NCBI GenBank assembly: GCA_052327205.1
Contig: CM126226.1
Span: 37,510,001 to 37,574,000, forward strand
Length of the DNA: 64,000 nt
Reading direction: 5' to 3'
From: Somniosus microcephalus
Lineage: Eukaryota
How positions within the stretch are numbered: position 1 is the first letter of the stretch; each line of letters opens with the position of its first letter. The notes beneath the pieces were generated by a model, which saw only the letters and a list, made by a program, of their open reading frames with translations, did no database searches and was not told the DNA's origin. Below are positions 60,266-64,000 of the stretch, piece after piece. The position numbers and the translations under genes are program-made.

Positions 60266-61814
60266 TGAAGGTAATGGAGTGAAAGCTTCAGAATTTAATA
60301 TTCTGGCCAGTTGCATTTCATCGATGGCATTCCCACAAACAAGAGCGAAACCAATGTGCTCCGTAGAAACTTGACCATTTCTATCCTTGCTCATCTCCAT
60401 CCTCTTCAGTTCCTTCTGGCCAGTCTGACATCCAGACTTGAATTAGGTTTGACCAGTGATTAAGACTCCTCGATTATTTTGCCACTCTCTCTGTTGTCTT
60501 CACTTGGGCTCAGTGCTCCTGCACCTGTGCTGCCTCATCAGCTCTGCTTGTCATGACCAGCTTTAGCAGCAAAGAGGGTGCAAATTTTTAAGCAGCGCAA
60601 CTGGAGGCTACAAGCAGCGTGAAGCTGTGTGAATGTCTGTCCAGTAGTTCAATTTATAGTCAGTAATGACTGCAGCTAATAGTATAATGCATCTGCTCTT
60701 CTTGATCATTGTATGTATCCATAACATTAATGTTACAGCAATAGAGCTATCACAGAATAACCCTTTACATTCATGGGGTAGTTACTTGAATTGAGGAGAG
60801 GGCTATAGGACCAGGATAAGAGATTAGAGTCTCAATGTTAGAACAGATGAATTTTACAGATGCTGGACTTAGACCAACAACAAATAAGACTCTGGGAAAC
60901 TGATAGAGCTAAGATGCTGTGAATTGGAGTGTAATGATTCGGGGGAATAAAAAGTGAATTGGACTGTTGAGGGAATGGATGCATTTTGGTGGAAGTTGGA
61001 TTGTCATTGAACGCAAAAAATAAAAAATGTGTGTGGTTGTCAACAGTTTGGAAAAGGAATTAGGTTTGTGAAGGATGAAGCTCTGGGTATTTTGGTGATG
61101 GAGATTGAACACGATGTCCATCCTTCCAAGATGTATCGAAAGCTATGGAGACACACTGATGTAACAATGCTCCTATTGAGTCGCCAACATCACACTTCCC
61201 ACTCCATGTGTCTGCTTTGCAACAATTTGTGAGAAATAATGTGTCTGATCACCAATACCATGGGAAAGGAACAGACTGGGTTCAGGAACTTTACAGATAC
61301 CGAAAATATATAGGAAAAATCCAGCCCCGCATTCCCAGGAGAGAGCTCCACTACAGCATTGTAATCCTGTCTCCAACCCGCTCGCCCATCAAGCACAGCT
61401 CCCACTGGAAGCACAAGGTTGTTAGATTTAGCCTTCTATTTCTATTTAAAAACAACCTAAGCTGTTTCAAACGATGCAAATAGTTTAAAGCTGAACTTCC
61501 AGCTGGATGCATTAGAAATGACTTCTACATCAGGCAGACGTTACATACAATGAAAGTAAAAGCCTGGGTAAGTATCTGACCTGTCGCTAGACTTCACTAA
61601 CACAGTACATTATTGTATCACATGAGACTTAGAAACCATGCTAATGACATCTAGAGGGAGAAGATCAGAATTATACTGACTTCCAATTTCCTTCATTAAC
61701 TTAAGTCTGGACTGGACTTAGGAAAATTGGACAAATGAGTCAGAATGAAATTCCTGAGATTGGGAACTGAATATGTTGGTAATTGCTTATGTGAACCCAC
61801 ATCCTGTCCCTCCC

Positions 61815-62411
61815 TGCCTGATTCTGCCCCTACCTCAGCTCCTCTGCTGCTGAGACCCTCATCCATGCCTGTGTTACCTCCAGACTTGGCTATTCCAATG
61901 CTCTCTTGGCCGGCTTCCCAACTTCCACCCTCCATAAACTTGAGCTCATCCAAAACTCAGCTGCCTGTATCCGAATTCACCCCTGTGCTCGCTGACCTAC
62001 CTTGGCTCCCGGTCCGTCAATGCCTCAATTTAAAAATTCTCATCCTTGTTTTCAAATCCCTCCATGGCTTCGCCCCGCCCTATTTCTGTAACTGCCTCCA
62101 GCCCTACAACCCTCCGAGATCTCTCCACTTCTGGCCTCTTGCACATCCCCGATTTTAATTGCTCCACCATTGGCGGTCATGCCTTCAGCAGCCGAAGCCC
62201 TAAGCTCTGGAATTCCCTCCCTAAGCCTCTCTGCCTCTCTACCTCTCTTTCCTCCTTTAAGACGCTCCTTTAAACCTACCTCTTTGACCAAACTTTTGGT
62301 CACCTGTTCTAATATTTCCTTATGTGGCTCAGTGTCAAATTTTGTTTGATAATACTCCTGTGACATGCCTTGGGACGTTTAACTATAGGCGCTATATAAA
62401 TGCAAGTTGTT
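61815..62411 (+). mobile_element. L2 LINE 3' fragment
   Basis: ORF 61745-62158: TPVLADLPWLPVRQCLNLKILILVFKSLHGFAPPY. Ends ggcgctatataaatgcaagttgtt. Confidence 0.9.
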
Positions 62412-62939
62412 CATGGGACAACATGTTATCACCTCCAAGGGAAGCTTCTGACGAGCCTCAGTTCCTACTCGACTCTGATGGGGTTGTAGTTTTGCACTGG
62501 CGGGAAGTCGCACTGCAGCAGGTGATCCATGTTTTACAATGTGATTTCCAGGTTATTGATATATTTTCTCAGCAACAGACACTGATTGAGTCAATGTGCC
62601 TCTTCTATTTAGTAACCCAGTAACTTTTCGTGCAAGTCAATTCAACAGAAGAGACTTTCCCGTTAAAAAATGTCTGTCTGTTGGACTGGGTGTGTCAGGG
62701 TATCTTCTCAACTGGAGTATTCTGCTCTTTCTGAATTAAAGAAAACAATTAGAATTTCTATTTTGCTCTTAACCCTCCCTGAGATTTTACAAACTCCAAA
62801 TCTCATACGCAGCTGAGAGAAGTTGCATTCGTGCAGTTGTAGTGTGGGAGTGGGGGGTGGGGGCTGGTTGCTGTGAGGTATGTGATCTGACTTATAAAGC
62901 TGTACAATGTGTTTTGCAGACAAGGTAGTGCCAATTGTT

Positions 62940-63808
62940 GGAGGGGTCGGTGGCTGGAAGATCTTCGGAAGCATCGGGGGCTGGAGGATCTTCGGCGGGG
63001 TCAGGGGGTGGAGGATCTTCGGCGGGGTCGGGGGGGTGGAGGATCCTCAGAGGGGTCAGGGGGTGGAGGATCCTCGGAGGGGTCAGGGGGTGGAGGATCC
63101 TCGGAGGGGTCAGGGAGTGGAGGATCCTCGGAGATGTCAGGGGGTGGAGGATCCTCGGAGGGGTCGGGGTGGAGGATCCTCGGAGGGGTCAGGGGGTGGA
63201 GGATCCTCGGAGGGGTCAGGGGGTGGAGGATCCTCGGAGGGGTCGGGGTGGAGGATCCTCGGAGGGGTCAGGGGGTGGAGGATCTTCGGAGGGGTCAGGG
63301 GTGGAGGATCCTCGGCGGGGTCAGGGGGTGGAGGATCCTCGGAGTGGTCGGGGTGGAGGATCCTCGGAGGGATCACGGGGTGGAGGATCTTCGGCGGGAT
63401 CAGGAGGTGGAGGATCTTCGGCAGGGTCAGGGGGTGGAGGATCCTCGGGGGGGTGGAGGATCCTCGGAGGGGTCACGGGGTGGAGGATCTTCGGCGGGGT
63501 CGGGGGGTGGAGGATCCTCGGAGGGGTTGGGGGGGTGGAGGATTTTCGGCGGGATCAGGGGGTGGAGGATCCTCGGAGGGGTTGGGGGGGTGGTTGGGGG
63601 GGGTGGAGGATCCTCGGAGGGGTCACGGGGTGGAGGATCTTCGGCGGGATCAAGGGGTGGAGGATCTTCGGCGGGGTCAGGGGGTGGAGAATCCTCGGAG
63701 CGGTCAGGGGGGTGGAGGATCTTCGGCGAGGTCAGGGGGTGGAGGATCCTCGGAGGGGTCAGGGAGTGGAGGATCTTCGGAGGGGTCGGGGGGTGGCGGA
63801 TTCTCGGA
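62940..63808. repeat. G-rich ~27-bp minisatellite (about 30 units, 25-28-bp variants)
   Basis: Unit GGGGGTGGAGGATC(C/T)TCGG(A/C)GGGGTCA; tggagga recurs at 63064, 63091 and 63118. Confidence 0.95.
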
Positions 63809-63811
63809 GAG

Positions 63812-64000
63812 AGAGTGAGTGCAACACTGTTGTGATGCTCTGGATGCACTTGTCGACACTGCTCCCCAGAGCCAAGATGGCAGCAGAAGCTATCAGCAGA
63901 AGCCCCTTCAAAGTCGTGCTCATGGAGTTGTCTACTCTCTCCATGTTTGACAGAATGGTATCCGTGCTCTGCATGAAGCCCCAACTTAAGTTGGAACTGG
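63812..64000 (-). mobile_element. Possible coding remnant of a DNA transposon (Harbinger-associated accessory ORF), running off the window
   Basis: Open frame SSNLSWGFMQSTDTILSNMERVDNSMSTT...AAILALGSSVDKCIQSITTV resembles helical C-terminal segments I recall from shark Harbinger-type repeats. From memory only. Confidence 0.3.

Noticed and set aside
61029-61483. Consecutive ORFs as a decayed coding remnant
   Set aside because: No recognisable motif or splice structure, and the ORF lengths are within chance expectation.
62907-63835. 303-aa and 308-aa Gly/Ser-rich ORFs
   Set aside because: They are translations of a G-rich minisatellite that lacks stops. The peptide motif switches with unit-length variants and there is no gene context.

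Overview
This is vertebrate genomic DNA, most likely from a cartilaginous fish (shark). That is inferred from the repeat content: Deu-domain SINEs, many LF-SINE-like copies, CR1/L2/RTE LINEs and Penelope-type terminal repeats. I recognise no host protein-coding gene, so the window looks intronic or intergenic. The long ORFs are LINE reverse-transcriptase fragments (L2 at ~9.6-11.0 kb, RTE at ~19.2-20.3 kb, many CR1 3' ends) or minisatellite artefacts. Main points of interest: (1) minimal hammerhead-ribozyme motifs in Penelope-like repeats at three loci, including a 285-bp fold-back insertion with ~120-bp near-perfect arms, a 15-bp target-site duplication and a U3-A8 core variant; (2) about 20 LF-SINE-like copies, one with a consensus CTCF core; (3) a CpG-rich palindromic CRE module followed by an LTR-like end in the first kb; (4) isolated hairpins; (5) two GC-rich minisatellites; (6) repeat-free blocks that resemble conserved non-coding elements. 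Repeat family names come from recalled consensus sequences, not a database search, and repeat boundaries are approximate unless junction sequences are quoted.
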